Assembly: GCA_051294375.1 (NCBI GenBank)
Contig: CM119270.1
Location: forward strand, 21,284,324 to 21,348,323
Direction: 5' to 3'
Length of the DNA: 64,000 nucleotides
Source: Paraspadella gotoi
Lineage: Eukaryota > Animalia > Chaetognatha
In this document: positions 1 to 14,176 of the stretch, in pieces
Numbering within the stretch: the first letter of the stretch is position 1
Layout of the letters: each line of letters starts with the position of its first letter
Notes under the pieces: generated by a model
Databases searched by the model: none
What the model was told of the DNA's origin: nothing
What the model saw: the letters and a program-made list of their open reading frames with translations, nothing else
Position numbers and translations under genes: made by a program

Positions 1-559
1 GCACCTTTGGTCAGTTATAACCGACAGACGCCTTTCGAGAATCATGAACGAACTTACCCCAAAATCTCATGAATGAACTTACCTAAAACCTCATATGGAA
101 ACTGACCCAAAAATAACAACTGCGCAGAACCGGTAATTGAAATGAAATCCTAATTCAACCCAGACATTAGAAAAGACATTCTTCTAAAAAGGAACTTGTA
201 AAGAAATAACACAAATAAAAACAACAAAACTAAAATTAAACTTAATTAAACTAATCTAAAATAAATTCCTCCCGATGACAAATTGGAAAAGTCTTTGTGT
301 CAGTGTTAGTCATTATTTTTAGTAGTGAAATATTTAAAAAGTATTAATAAATAAAATAAAATAAAAAGAGAGAAAAAAAATATCCATTTCACCAAATTGT
401 CCTTTAATTAAAGCTTGAATAATTAAAAAAAAAAAAAAAAAGTAAAAAGAACTAATGAACAATTTAGTCGGAAAAGGAAAGTAATTAAACCTCTATTTTT
501 ATTTTTTAATATGCAGCTTTTGTGTTTTAGAAAAAACTTAATTGTGCGGAAAATTTTGA

Positions 560-1021
560 AAAAAAAGGAGGAGGAGGAGGAGGATGAGAGAGGAAGAGAA
601 GGGAAAGAAAGGGAGAGAAAGGAGAGAGAAAGAATAAAGAGGAAAAATAGGGAAGAGAAGGGAGAGAGAGAGGAAAGATAGGGAAGAGAAGGGAGAGAGA
701 AAGGAGAGATAGGGAAGAGAAGGGAGAGAGAAAGGAGAGATAGGGAAGAGAAGAAAGAAAAGAGAGACAGGAGGAAGAGTTGATAGAGAGGTGTAAGAAG
801 ATAGAAAGATGGGAGAGAGAGGAGAGTGTCAAGAAAAAAGGAGAGAGAAGAAAGAGTGGAGAAATAGAAGGGGACCCAGTGAAGAGAGAAAGAGACAGTA
901 GAAAGAGAAGGGAAGAGAGTGGAGAAAGACAGAGAGAGTAGAAAGAAGGGGAGAGAGTGAAGAGAGAAAGAGAGAGTAGAAAGAGAAGGGGAGAGTGTAA
1001 AGAGAGAGTAAAAAGAAAGGG
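560..1021 (+). repeat. Polypurine (GA-rich) low-complexity tract; similar (GA)n/(CT)n tracts occur throughout the window
   Basis: About 460 bp almost devoid of pyrimidines; source of many spurious SLSL/ERER ORFs. Confidence 0.9.
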
Positions 1022-1025
1022 TTAC

Positions 1026-1253
1026 GGTTTTGACAAAACGGATTGAATCAAGATAACAGATTGTTTTGACAGTTTTCTAAAATTAGATTTTCGTTCATGT
1101 CTCGAAATCATCTCGCTCTCCCCATCGAATCCGGGAAAAGAAAATTCGTCTCCTTCTCCCTCTGTGCGTCTTTCAACAGTGGAACAACAGTTTCCGGTCG
1201 GCGGATGCTGTTGTCGTTGTTGTTGTAGATGCGTCATCACGGTCGAGCTGGTT
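1026..1253 (-). CDS. Possible exon of a minus-strand gene continuing left of the window
   Basis: GC-richer open frame (..QQQRQQHPPTGNCCSTVERRTEGEGDEFSFPGFDGESE..) bracketed by a candidate acceptor CTTCTGCCACAG and donor CC|GTAACC. No homology recognised. Confidence 0.25.
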
Positions 1254-1292
1254 CTGTGGCAGAAGGGGGCAGAAGATCTTCATGGTTGATAT

Positions 1293-1331
<39 letters not shown>

Positions 1332-1988
1332 GGAGAGGCTTGAAACGGCCTAAACTTTAAAAAGTAGATTGACAAAATGATGGCATGATAGCTTATTTTT
1401 TAATTATCTTCATTACTTGTATACTTTTAATGAAGAATTAGTTTAATAACAGAGTCTGTTCAAAACGACTTTGATTTTGTAAAGAAGATCTAGTAAACCC
1501 ACTGTGGTCTTCGGACCGAAGTGAGTAGCGTCAGAAATCCTGGTCGATATCTAAAACCACTGTGATTAGATTCTTAATCTTAAGAAGCAGAGATTCTCTC
1601 TGAGCTGAAATCAGCTTTTGTTGTCTGCGGTTTAAACGAAGGGCAGAATTATTAACTAATATAACGAGAACGATGTATGATCTATGTTAAAAAACTAGAA
1701 CAGATTGTACTCTAATCTCCCTGTATTTCCCGAACAAAATTTTAAACAATATAATAAATAATGAAATAAAGATAAAATAATAAAAACTTGAACATTAATA
1801 TTATAAAATATAAAAATAGTGAAACAAGTAATTTGAAAATTTTCATAAATTGTAACTGAAACTTGTTTGTTTTGATTCCTTTGTTTATTGTTTTGTTTTG
1901 TTTTCTTTTCCTCGATAAAACGAGAAGTTTTAACTCGTTGTATTTCGGGGTTTTTTGCATAGAAGCGTTAAGAACGAAGAGGGTAGGA

Positions 1989-2037
<49 letters not shown>

Positions 2038-2046
2038 GAGAGAAGA

Positions 2047-2096
<50 letters not shown>

Positions 2097-2710
2097 CAGA
2101 GAGAGAGAGAGAGAACTGGCGAAAACTCAAAAGTGATAGCGAGATGAAAAAAAAAAATTTCTGGCTGCGAAAACCTTTTTCCTTTAAAAATTAATTCCTT
2201 GGCAGCAAAAAAAAATATAACGATTTTCAATACAACATTTTTTTATAATTGGGTTTATTTTTTTTTCTACGACATAATGACAATAAAAAAGATTCACATG
2301 TATATTCGGTTAAAAAAAAGTAATAATAAAAATTAATATAGATTTTCATGTGATGACGGGAAGAGGGAAGAGATTAAAAAGTCGAGAATGAAATAAAAAT
2401 GATGAGAAACAACAAAGGGAATTAAAAAAAGTATATATAACCGGGGGGGGGGAAATATAACGAATTAATTAAAAAGGTAATTTGTTTGATTGATATATTT
2501 TTTGGATATTTTGTATCAATCAATAACAGATACACATGCAACAACTTGGGTTTTTTTTATTTGAAAAATAATTTTCTTTCAATAACTTTTTTTGTACAGA
2601 TGAAAATAGAAAATGTGACCAGTTTTTGTTTTTTAATATATATTTTTTTAAATGACTGACGAAAAACTGTGATAAAACGAAATAGGAATCACGCGAAACT
2701 AGAAGGATAA

Positions 2711-2764
<54 letters not shown>

Positions 2765-3808
2765 CATTATGCAAAGTTGTAGAAATAAAAAAAAACTAGT
2801 TTGAATGAAACAAAAAACGTCTGAAGGATCTAAAAACTAATTGGGAAATCTTTATACAAAAGTGTCATATTTACATATTAGCCAATGAAAAAAGACTAAC
2901 TCTGGTGTTTGCCCTGATTTGGAATTAAAAGCTCAGGGAAAAAAATATTACAAAATTTTGTTATTTAAAACGAGTGAAACATAAATTGGGGAAAAAAAAT
3001 AGAACCAGAAAAAAAAAAGTTGTGGCCGTGAATATGGATAAATATTTATGTAAATATAAACCTAAAGATGAAAATACTAGTTTAGATATTATAAACCTTT
3101 TTTCATTATTTTCCTCTGGAGAGAGAGAGAGAAAGGCGATATTTTAATTTTTTTAAAGCGAAAAAGAAGAGACACAACAAAATGTACTAAATCTTTTAAG
3201 TAAAAAAAAAAATTATACAATTAGCGATTAAAAGAAATAAAAATGAGATAGTTTAGTGAAAACTAAGTACACTTTGACTGACTGTCCCTTGGCCTTTTTG
3301 ATACATACATACATACTTGATACATAGTTTAGCAATAACTGAGTAGACTTTGACTGCCTGTCCCTTGGCTTTTTTGATACATAACGAAGATCTTAGTCGT
3401 CAAAAACCTCAAAAACTTGACTTCCAGTTTTCAAGCTCTCAAGTTTTAAAAATACATTTTGAGATCAATTATTTCCTTGGAATATAGAATATATCATTTC
3501 GACAAAATAACAACTTTCGGTTTTATAAGTTTCATATTTTTTATTAATCAGATGAAATATATTTGCAAAAAAAAAAAAAAATTCTTAAAAATGGTCAAAT
3601 TTGCTTGTTCGATGGATTTGCTTGTAACGGATGCTTGGTTTCGTAGGCGCGAGATACACATTTTGTTATGAGGAAAAAAATTACTGGCACCGAATTCATT
3701 TGTTGTTTATGAATATAGAAGTTCTGAATTTAAAAGGGTTCATATATTCTGGGTCGGGTCAATTTATTCACCGAAGGTTAATACTAAATTGGAAGAGGAA
3801 ATGGTGGG

Positions 3809-3854
<46 letters not shown>

Positions 3855-4797
3855 TACTCTAAATAAGGGGAGAGAGGAAGTATAATTAATTCCCTGATGG
3901 CCAAAAATGAGCCCATTACAAATTAATATATATATATATGCGCACAATTTTTTTAGGTTTTGTATTTATTCGGCCTGAGAGAGAAATAGAGACAGAGACA
4001 AATCACTGGATAAAAAAGAAAGAGAAAAAAAAAAGTAAATTTGTACAGTAAAGCCGAGTTTTTGTATTTAGTTTTACGGTGAAGGTATTCACGGTAATAT
4101 CACAATTAAATTCTTTTTAATATTTGGCTCGCCCGTGACTTTAGCTGACGTTTCAATAAAAAGTTTGTTTGTTTCATTTCTTTATGAGAAATTAAAAGAA
4201 ATAAAATTGTTTTTTGTTTTTTGTTTGGCGCGTCAGTCCGTCGCGAACGATTTGACTATTTGAGAAGGAGAGACTATTATTACTTGGCCCACTGACTTGT
4301 CGATTAAACAAAATAAAAATAATAATAATAATAAACGGGGGATTGTCCAGAAAAATGATAAAAAGAAAAAACCTCTGACCAAAAAGTTTTGACTATTACG
4401 AAAAATAAAATAAAAAAAAAAAGAAAAAAACTATTGCGTTTCTTTTTTTGTTTTAAATTGAAATCCGGGATGGTCAGAAATGAACCGAGGGGACGGACGG
4501 GGACCGGGTCGAAGGTCGAAGGTCGAAGGTCGAAGGTGGGGCAGAATTCGCAATGGTAACTTATTTTTTCTTCTTTTTTTTTATGATGGGAAATTAAGGT
4601 GAGGAAAAAAAGTTTGAGAATAAAATGTATTCCGGTTTTTTCCTTTTTTTTCCTGTTTTTGAAATCTTTTTTTTTCCAAAATCCAGTTTTTCGTTTTGTT
4701 TTTTCTCGATGTGGGATTTTTGTTTCGTTTTATATCCTGGTAGCGACAATGACGCCGGCGGACGCCGCCGCCACGACGCCGCCACCACGACGCCGAC

Positions 4798-7700
4798 TCA
4801 TCTGACGAAGGACGTCAAGGGGGCGTGGCTCGTCGCAGAATGGACGCCGGCCGCTTTGACTTTGGACGGGGACACGCCCACATCGCGAAGACAGAGTCCG
4901 GTGCGAGATTGGAATTGCTCTTTGCAGGTGGACAGACCTGATAGAGAGGGAGACGGGGGGGAGAAAGAGGGAGAGAGATGGAGACGGGGGGAGAGAGAGG
5001 GGGGTGTGGGAGGAATTAAATTATTATTTATTATGATTATTATGATTATTATTATTATTATTATTATTATAATTATTATTATTCGAGACTTATAAAAATT
5101 CATATAAATGGAGCTGAAAAATTTAACAATATCTTCTCAAGATGACTGTTATTATAATGTATTTACATCTTATTAAGCTTTTATTTCTCAACGTATACAG
5201 AGAACGGTGCCGAAAGCCAACGGGAGATCATAATGAAAACGGAAGGAGCACGAAGGGATTCTCTTAACGAAGTTCGATTGAAAACAAAACGGAGAAATGA
5301 TAAGCAAAACAAAGGGAAATAATTAGCAAAACAAATAAAAATAAAAACAAGATAATTAAGCAGAAAAAAAGAACTAACAGAAATACCAAAAGAAAATCGG
5401 GGAAATTATCGAACCAGAAAAAAAAAACTTGTTTCGATCGATAATGATTTGTTAATCTTTTTTTTATCTCGATTTATAAATCATTCAATTCAATCAATCA
5501 ATCAGTCAATCAATCAATCAATCATATCAATCATATCGGTCGCGACAAAAACTCGTTTTTTTACTTGACAACCATGAACCAAAAAAAAACTTTGGATTTT
5601 CATTTGAGCCTCAAAAATGTCAACGACGTAATTTGATAATTTTTTTGTCAAGAACGAACGATCGAAACCAGAAACTTGTATAATTAAACTTTTCTTAACA
5701 ATTTCAAGTTGGTCTACAGAAAAATTATTGCATTAATTGAAATAGTACTAGACAGTCGAGTTACTTAGATATAGATTAGAATAAATTAGTAATAACTACT
5801 AACGGTCAACGGTCAATAAGAAACCTAATATCAAAATGGAGTCAACGAAAATAAAGTTCAACACAATAAAATTGGGTCGAACTATTTCATCGTTCAATTG
5901 TCATGAAATAAAGACGAAATATGACACGAATCTTTCGTTTCAAGTTTAATTCTTGCATCATTCCTGATTTCATTTCGTTTGGCAAACAACGCATAAATAC
6001 ACGTGTCACTAGAAAAGAATTAACGATCTCTGATAAGAAAGCTTAAGGCCCCTGAATGCAAGGGTACTGACACACCGAAGTTGGGATTGGCCAGCGATCA
6101 ACACTCTTGGAGTGAAAGAGAGAGAGGAGTGAGAAAAGACCGTTAACCGCCACGTGGTTGAAAAAGAACAAGTTGATTGACCGATTAAGTTGACAATATT
6201 TAAACAAAATTGCAATCTTTACAAGGCCTGTACAAAATATTCAAATACTTTTTTTAATGAAGAAACAAAAAACTACGGATACAATCAGGCGGGATAAATT
6301 AAGCAAAATTATCACTACAAACTTAAGCCCCAAAAAATATTTAAAATTGACCAATTATTTAATAAAATTCACTTATTCGTATTTAAATTAATGAATTCAA
6401 GATTAATAAAAACAAAATTACTTGAAAATTGAGAAGTAAAAGCCAAATTGCCAAAATTACCCCCAACTCACATAAGTAGGAAAAATCGATGCGTGGTCGG
6501 TCGGTCAACCCACTGATCTGGTTTGATCCAATTTTTAGCCACTTAAAGCAAAACGGACAGAGAAGGCGGGCAGACGGACGAACGGACGAATAGACAGACC
6601 TCGTGGACTTTTGCCAAACTTAAAACTCATAACAATATATAGTTTAAATTGATCCCACGAAGAGGTCCCAAGAAATTTGCCAACGCCCAACGCAATCAAT
6701 CAATCAATCGATCAAGCAATCAATCAAGCACATTCGTTAACCCCGATTCTCTCGACGGTGGTTGTAAACTAAATCTACTGTCTACTCCAATCAATCGACA
6801 GACTACCAATCAATCAATCAATCCGACTCACTTGAAGGTGGTTGTTCCCTGATTGGCGACGCCAAAGGCGACGACGACGGCGAAGACGAGTTTGAGATCG
6901 CGTTGTTGCTGCTGCTGCTGCTGCTGCTTCCGCTGCTGCCGCCGCTGCTGTTCGGTCTAGGCGATGAGGACGGACTCAACTCGATTCCGGAATCGTCGGA
7001 CGCGAGAAACGCCGTCTCTCCGGCGCCGGAAGACGTCGCCCCGCGAAGCCGAGCCGTCGGTTTCTCCGGCGTCAACGCTCTCGAAGCCACGCCGCCCGAT
7101 TTAGAGTTTGCCTTCGCCGCCGCCGCCGCCGCCGCCGCCGAAGACGCCAAGGACGCCGACGTCGCCGCCACGGAAGACGCCGGTTCCGTCTTGGACGCCA
7201 ACATGTTTTCTTTCTCGGCGCCGAAAAGACAGCAGACGCTGCCTTGTTCTCCGATGCGATAAGCGACATCTGCGGGATCGATCCACAGCGCCATCTCGAC
7301 GGGGAGGAAACGCCGAAGGAGGAATTCCGGGATGCCCGCTCGACGGCCCACCTTTGGAGAGAAGGGGGGGGAAATGAAATAACATACGTTTATATCAATT
7401 CGACTTTTTTGAGAAATAAATCATTTAATATGTATATATCGTTTCAGAACTGTGGTTTGATATCAATTTGTTTTTTTTATAATCTTGTTTTTTTTTGTTT
7501 TTTTTTGATCAAGTGATGATTTTGAATATTTAGTATTTAGTTTTCAATAAGCGTTTTCGTTAATTTATGATTACCTTCGACGTCCATACTTTGTGCAGCA
7601 AGAGGAGATTTGTAGCAAACGACATTTTACCATTTACCATTTTTAGTATTTTCATTTTATATTATACTATGGTATAATATATGTATATTATATATTATAT

Positions 7701-7978
7701 ATATTATAATATATATAATAACTAATGGTCACCTTGAGCAAAAGCGGATCCACTTTTCCGTTCATCGATTGATTGATGATGCAACGATAGCCGCTCCCTC
7801 TTAAAGGATGACCCGGATGCCAGTGGCCGCGGAAACGATCGTGCAACGTCTGACGAAGCAGTCGACCGAATTCGTCCACTTTGTCCACGTTGATGGATTG
7901 ACGTCCGTTGTAGGCGTGGCTCTTCGATCTTAGAAAGTCGGACAAGAAGCGAACCGCAGTTTCAATTTCGTCTATCAT
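4798..7978 (-). CDS. BTG: BTG/Tob (APRO) family anti-proliferative protein, 3 coding exons, ~301 aa
   Basis: Exon 1 7978-7733 reads MIDEIETAVRFLSDFL...HWHPGHPLRGSGYRCI (Box A), donor AAG|GTGACC. Exon 2 7351-6832 contains LPVEMALWIDPADVAYRIGEQGSVC (Box B) then an Ala/Ser-rich tail, acceptor CTCCAAAG|, donor AA|GTGAGT phase 1. Exon 3 4937-4798 has acceptor CTCTATCAG| in matching phase 1 and ends ...LTSFVR*. Exons 1-2 are firm; exon 3 is inferred from phase and splice sites. Confidence 0.92.
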
Positions 7979-7989
7979 CTTGGAGGCCG

Positions 7990-8742
7990 TGACGTCATCA
8001 AGATATGGGCGTGGAGAATGGTGGACGAGTGTGGGCGAGTGTGGGCGCGCCCGGGTTTCTGTGTGGAGAGAAGTGTGGGCGATAGTGTGTGGAGGAAGAT
8101 ATTTTTGTTTTGTTTTGAGAGTTCGTTTTATTTTTTATTTTTTTTTTTTTTTTTGTAGTTGAGAGGAAATTTTTGGAATTGATCGCCTAAAGTTGTCCGT
8201 CGGTCCGTTTTTGTGTGAGAGAAATATATGGAGAGAGAGACAAATATTTGAGAGAATACAGCGTTTTTCGTATAATTTGGTTTTTTTTTCTGAATCCACG
8301 TTCGGATTAAAAGTGTTTTTCGATTTTTTTTTAAATGTGTTTCGGCACAAAGAAAAAAATTATATAAAAAAGAAAATCGGAGATGAAGGAGCGAATTTTA
8401 TTTTTTTGGATGCGTGGATGAAAAAAAAAAGAAAAACATTGGGTAATGATTTTTGTATTTAATGTTTTTTTTTTTTTTTTCAATTTTTTTTTAGCAAAAA
8501 AAAATGTTTTTTAATGATCTGTACACTAAGATCTAGAAGCGTCTTTGTCGAAAGAGGCTGTCGGGACAAAGGGCGGAATGTGGAAGGCTGAAGAGAGATG
8601 TAGAACGATACGTCTCTCTCTCTCTATCTCTCTCTCTCTTTCTCTTTCTCTCACTCTTACGACGTCACTGACATAATGATCGAGAACGGACAAATCAGCG
8701 AGGAGGAGCTCAACCAATGAGAGAAGAGGCCAGGCCACGTCA
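7990..8742 (-). promoter_or_regulatory. BTG 5' region with CRE/ATF-type motifs and a CCAAT box
   Basis: TGACGTCA 7990-7997, GACGTCAC 8661-8668, CCAAT 8714-8718, CCACGTCA 8735-8742; a further CCACGTCA at 9761. Confidence 0.4.
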
Positions 8743-9869
8743 GTCCCTGCATCGGGCAGAGCGTCGTGTTTCTATTATGCTTTGCCAGGCCGACGGGCTG
8801 CTGCCGACAGCTGATATCATGAGATGGGTTATGAAAGGGACACGGATATTAAAATTAAATAAATGTTAAAAAAATATTAAATATAAAAAAATAATGTATA
8901 ATCGTAAGGAAGAAATACATATTTCAATGTCAATCAAGAAAATGTTATAAAGATTTTTACAAAAATGACATTTTATGAATTTAATTTAATTGTTCAATAT
9001 AAAATTTTACTGTGTTTATTAAATATAAATAATATATGACTTTATTAATTTATTTTTTTAATTTAATTATAGTATCATGGTGGACTAAAATCCACCAACA
9101 TATTTTAGTTCACCATAATATATTAGTTTTTATGATTCTTACGAAATATCCGAGTTGCCTCTTTATGTTCGTTCGACCCTTTTCTCTCTTTTCTAAACGT
9201 CCAACGCAAATGTTAAATCCTTTTAATTCTCTATGAAAAAGTGTCTGACGATTTCGAGAAAGATCCAGACTGCAGGAGGATGCCGCTGCAGGACGCCGCT
9301 CGAAGCACGGCGACGCCGAGCGACGCCGCCCGTCGCCGTACGCCGCTGCTGCGGTGGAGAAAGAAAGCAAAAACGAGAAAGATTAAAGAAGAGAGAAAGA
9401 AAGAGAGAGAGAGAGAGAGGGTGAACATTCACCCCTTTTTTCCATTTTTTTTCCTTTCTCTGAAAATCCTCAACGCTCCTTTCTTTCACTCTCTTTGAAT
9501 AGGGTTGTTCTGCAGGCACTGTTTGCCCAAGCTGTTTCGGTCGAGGAAAACAAAGAAAAGAAAGACTTTCTCTTTGTGCTCTTTTTTGCACCTTTTTTTT
9601 TCTTGCAATCTTGATTGGATTTTTCTCTGAGCGCAAAACATTTTTAAGCTGCTTTTCAGTTGACGCTTGCAAAAAAAATAATTTGCAATGTGACAAATTA
9701 AAAATATTAAAAGTAAGAAAAGTAAATTTGAATAAATAAAACGAAGCTTTTGAAAAACTTCCACGTCATCATTTGGAATTGACCGATTTTTTTATTTAGG
9801 TTTGCGTTGCTTGAGGTTAAAATCGATAAAAAGGAAGCTAGGATTTCCTTTCTGAAAAACCTGCTATTA

Positions 9870-10016
9870 AATATGTTATTTTATAAATTTAATGTATTGC
9901 CTGTCAATAATTGTTAGATATCTTGTTATTTTATTAATTTAATGTATCGCCTGACAAAAATGGTTAGATATCATGTTATTTTATAAATTTAATATATCGC
10001 CTGTCAATAATTGTTA
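9870..10016 (+). repeat. ~50-bp tandem repeat, 3 copies
   Basis: TGTTATTTTATAAATTTAATGTATCGCCTGTCAATAATTGTTAGATATC repeated with few changes. Confidence 0.85.
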
Positions 10017-12586
10017 CTGGATACTCGTTGGCTCGTCGCTCGCTAACGGGCATCGGCATCATAAACTAAAGAAAGAAATGTCCTTGGACAGATTTTAACT
10101 TGCTCTCTCTCTCTCTCTCTCTCACTCATTCGATTTGTGTACTTATTCTATGTTTTTTTCGTTGTTTTCTCTTTTTTTTCTTGCTTGACTGGCGACCAAG
10201 CTCCTGGGTTTTCCTCTGATTGGTTGATTAGTTTTTTTTATTTCTTTTTCTTTATTAAATGCCATATTACGTATTCATTCCGTGGAACCGGTTAAAACCG
10301 AGCTCTTCTTCGAAACTTCGTCAAAAATCAAAATCCAGTTTTCGAGTCTTTTGTGTCAAAATCGTGAAATTTCCGTCCGACGTCGAAGCAAAGGTTGAGA
10401 ATCAAAATAAATGTCGCTCCAAGCTTAAATGCGGCAGCGCTACTCGCTTCCTTAAGTTATCGAAGAAACATTACAACAAGTAATATAATATCCAAATTTA
10501 TTGTTAGACATTCCCGAAACTTCAATAAAATTTAAGTTGAAACGGCATTTGTAAAACACATGATCCATTTCGATTTTTAAATATAACCGATGCTTTTCAC
10601 CTTCATTCATTATAATAATTCATAAATTTAATTCTGACGATTATAGAAATCCAAACACAAACCCGAGGTTAACAAAAAAGAGTTTTGAAGGTTTTGAACA
10701 ATAATTTGCCATTTTTTTCGCTTTCATACAAACATTTTTGTCAATTGTTAAAAAACTTAAAAAGCAATATCCACCTTCTGCAATATGCAAATGAGAATGA
10801 TAGTATCAACATTTCTTCAGTTCTCCTTTTTCCCATTCAGTTCTCCTTTGGACCTTTCTGTTCTTCTCTTTTCTCTCTTCAGTTCTCCTAATTGCCATTC
10901 AGTTCTCCTCTCTTCTCTCTTCAGTTCTCCTCGCGTCTCCATCCAGTTTTTCGAGCTTTGATGTTTTTTTTCTCGTTTTTAGCGAAATTCGGTTTAGAGC
11001 GAATTTTAAATCCAAAGCATCGAAACTCACGTAGCGAATGAAATGACTCGAGGCGGTGATGCGCCTTGGCTAAGATTATGATGGAGATTAATATGTTACG
11101 AGAGAGAGAGAGAGAGAGAGAGAAGAGAAGAGAAGAGAAGAGAAGAGAAGAGAAGAGAAGAGAAGAGAAGAGAAGAGAAATAGAAACGCAGAAAGCTGGA
11201 CAGACAAACGGAAGAGACAGACAAAAACAGAGGCTTAAATAGAAAGAGAGTGAAAGAGATAAATAGAAAGACAGATAAACGAATACTGAGACTGACAGAC
11301 AAACAGTCAGAGAAAGAAAGAGACAGAGAAAGAAAAAAAAGAAAGAAAGCAATAAAAGAAAGAAAGCGAACCGAGAGAAAGACTCGTATTCCCAAATGAA
11401 AAGAGATTTGAATATCAAAACCGAGGAGGGTAAAGAAAGGCTTCCTTTATTTCCCTTTTCCTTTATTCCTTCCTTTCCCTTTCTATTCTTAGAGGAAAAA
11501 GGTTTTATTTCCCCTCAGTGATTTTCAGCGTCGATTTCATCCTTATTTCGAAAAAAGTCGATTTCATTCTTATTTCGAAAAACCTCTAAATTTGTTTCAA
11601 TTTCTTTTATTCTTTTACTTTTCTTTTTCCTTCTCTTTCTTTTCTTTTTTATCTTTCTTACACTTTTTTTCCTTTTCTTTAATTATTTTATTTGATTTTA
11701 CTTCACTTTTTTTCTTTTTCTTTCCTATTTTTCATTTCTTCCTTTTTTTATTACTTTTTTGGTTTTCTACTTTTTTCCCCCAACTTTGTCATTAAATTTC
11801 TTCCCCTAGTAATTTACAATTTATGCTTCATTCTGTCTTTCTTTAATTATTCCGTCTTTCTTTAATCTTTCTTATTTCTTTCCGTCTGTTAAGTCACGTC
11901 TTTTTTATTATTTTTTATTTCTCTCTTTCTTTCACAACGATAATGGCAAAAAACAAATGTTTTGACCGAGATAAGCAAGATGGTGAACTTCCTTTGTAAA
12001 TAAATTCTCACCAAAAAATAAGTGAAATTCGCGTCGATATTTACAGCGTTTATGTCAAGTTGGTAGGAATTAATGTCAACTGATGTGACTTGGCATGACA
12101 AACTGTAAAGCGAAAGGAGAGAGAGAGAGAGAGAGAAGAGAAGGAAGAAGTAGGAGAGAGAGAGAGAGAAGAGAGAAAAGAGGGATAGTTTCAAAACAAG
12201 ACACGAAAAGTTGCGTTGAAATAAGTTTTACGAGGTAGCATTGAAACTAAAATATTAGAGTCAATTAAGATATTAAACTCGTAAATAGTACTATTGAAAC
12301 AGTAAAAAAATAGTCATTTCATTGTTAGGAAAACTGACTGTGAGAAAGCTTGTAAGAATTATTTTGGTATTATCAGGGGCAAAAGAGCTTATTTACGGAA
12401 TGAATGGATTAATTTTTATATTGGTATATTTACATAAAAACATTTTGTAATATATACATATTTATAAAAGAAAATTACAGTGAAAGTCAATTAAGTTAGT
12501 AATTTTATTAACTTGATAAATCCCTTATTTTTTTGGTCAAAATGGAAAAAGTCTAATATGATATGACGCAAGAGAAATACGATAAC

Positions 12587-12641
<55 letters not shown>

Positions 12642-13436
12642 TTTTTCTCGTTGGCGTCTCGCTCTCGCTCCGGCAAGTCCGGTTTGAGTCGGGACTTGTC
12701 TCTCTTCGCCTTCTTACGTATTTCGCCCCTCGAAAAGTAGGACGATTTAGAGAGAGAGAGGGAGAGAGAGAGAAGGAGAGAGAGAGAATCGGGTCATCGA
12801 AATAAAAAGAAAGTTTAAATTTTATAATTTCTTATCTTGTTAGTAAAAAGAGAAGTAAAACCGATAAGATAAAACTAATTCATTCATCCAGCATTTTGTT
12901 TTGTTTTGTTTTGTTCTGTAATTGAGAAACATTCATGTAAATAATTGTGATCTTGTGTTGTATTTACGACGTCGGTACACAACGCCTAAATGTTTTTATT
13001 AATAAAATTAATTGTTTTAACCATTTTTTTTCTCCTGTTACATTTTTTCATTTCATGTTAAGAAATCCTGTCAGCTTTTCTTTCCTTCAGTCTATATGAG
13101 TTTCTGTTTGTTTTTTTTTGTTTTTTTTTCTCATTCGTGTTTATCTCTGTTTTGTCTCTAGTTTTTCTCTGTTTTGTTTTTTCTTTTTTTCTTTTCCAAT
13201 TCGTTTCGTTTCTTCGTCGTCATCGAGTTTCTTGTTTTTCCAAACACACACTCTCTCTCTCTTGTTTTGTTTGTTCCTAAGCAAACAGGTCGGCGTTTAA
13301 CTAATTAAAACTAAATTACAAGATGGCTATTCGATTTTAATAGTTTTCTCATTTTTCGAAACGTCTTTCGAATTAACCTGCTGCGAACGATAAATAAACT
13401 ATGCAATTAAATCGTCAAATGAAGTTCCTTTAATTA

Positions 13437-13493
<57 letters not shown>

Positions 13494-13835
13494 CTCATTA
13501 ATTTATATCTCTCCAACTTTTGTCGATTTCATTTCCAGAATTTTCCGGTTTTTTTTTTCTTCTCAGGTTCGTCGACCTTAAGACTTAGTAGTCCTGGAAT
13601 TTTCTATTCAGATTGAAAGACAAAAACTATAAACTAAAGAGATAAATTATATTGTAGAGTATGAGGCCTTAAAATCAAATGAAAAAGATTTTGTTTTATT
13701 TGCAGACAACGAATTAAGTTTTTCATTTTCATTTTTCGAAAAAGAAAAGTTAACATATTTCCTTTTCCTTCATCAGTGCAAAAATGTCGAAAACGTCCAA
13801 AAGTCAAAAAAATTATGAGGCCTTAAACTAAATAG

Positions 13836-14060
13836 GCCCTTGTGGCACGCAAGCCCCACCGCACGTAAGCCCTATCCGCATGCAGGCCGCTCAGCTCGCA
13901 ATTCTCCACAGCGCGCAGGCTTCCATGGCATGAAGGCCCCACAGCACACAGGCCACACAGGATTCAAGGCACGTAGGCCCCTCAGTAGGCAGGGCCGTCG
14001 GCTTGCAAGCCCCTCAGCACGCAGGCCTCCTTGGCACGCAGGCCCCCTTCGGCTCCCAGT
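13836..14060 (+). repeat. Degenerate GC-rich ~16-17 bp minisatellite
   Basis: Roughly a dozen GCACGCAGGCCCCTCA-like units in an AT-rich background. Confidence 0.8.
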
Positions 14061-14125
14061 CCACGCCCAAGGATCCCCGCCTTGCCTTTGTTCGCCAGTT
14101 TCTCGTAGGACTTCAATTTCATAGA

Positions 14126-14176
<51 letters not shown>

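Noticed and set aside
4507-4538. (GGTCGAA)4 as a nuclear-receptor DR1 array
   Set aside because: A simple 7-bp microsatellite in a genome full of them; no independent support.
5995-6185. Further hairpin-rich islands (also 15180-15395, 51520-51625)
   Set aside because: Stems are fewer and shorter than in the calpain islands and cannot be separated from chance without computation; worth including in the same folding test.
6903-7377. Plus-strand ORFs, one with a signal-peptide-like poly-Leu start
   Set aside because: Antisense to BTG exon 2; the poly-Leu is the complement of the Ser/Gly codon run.
8714-8742. ERSE element (CCAAT-N9-CCACG)
   Set aside because: Spacing is 16 nt rather than 9.
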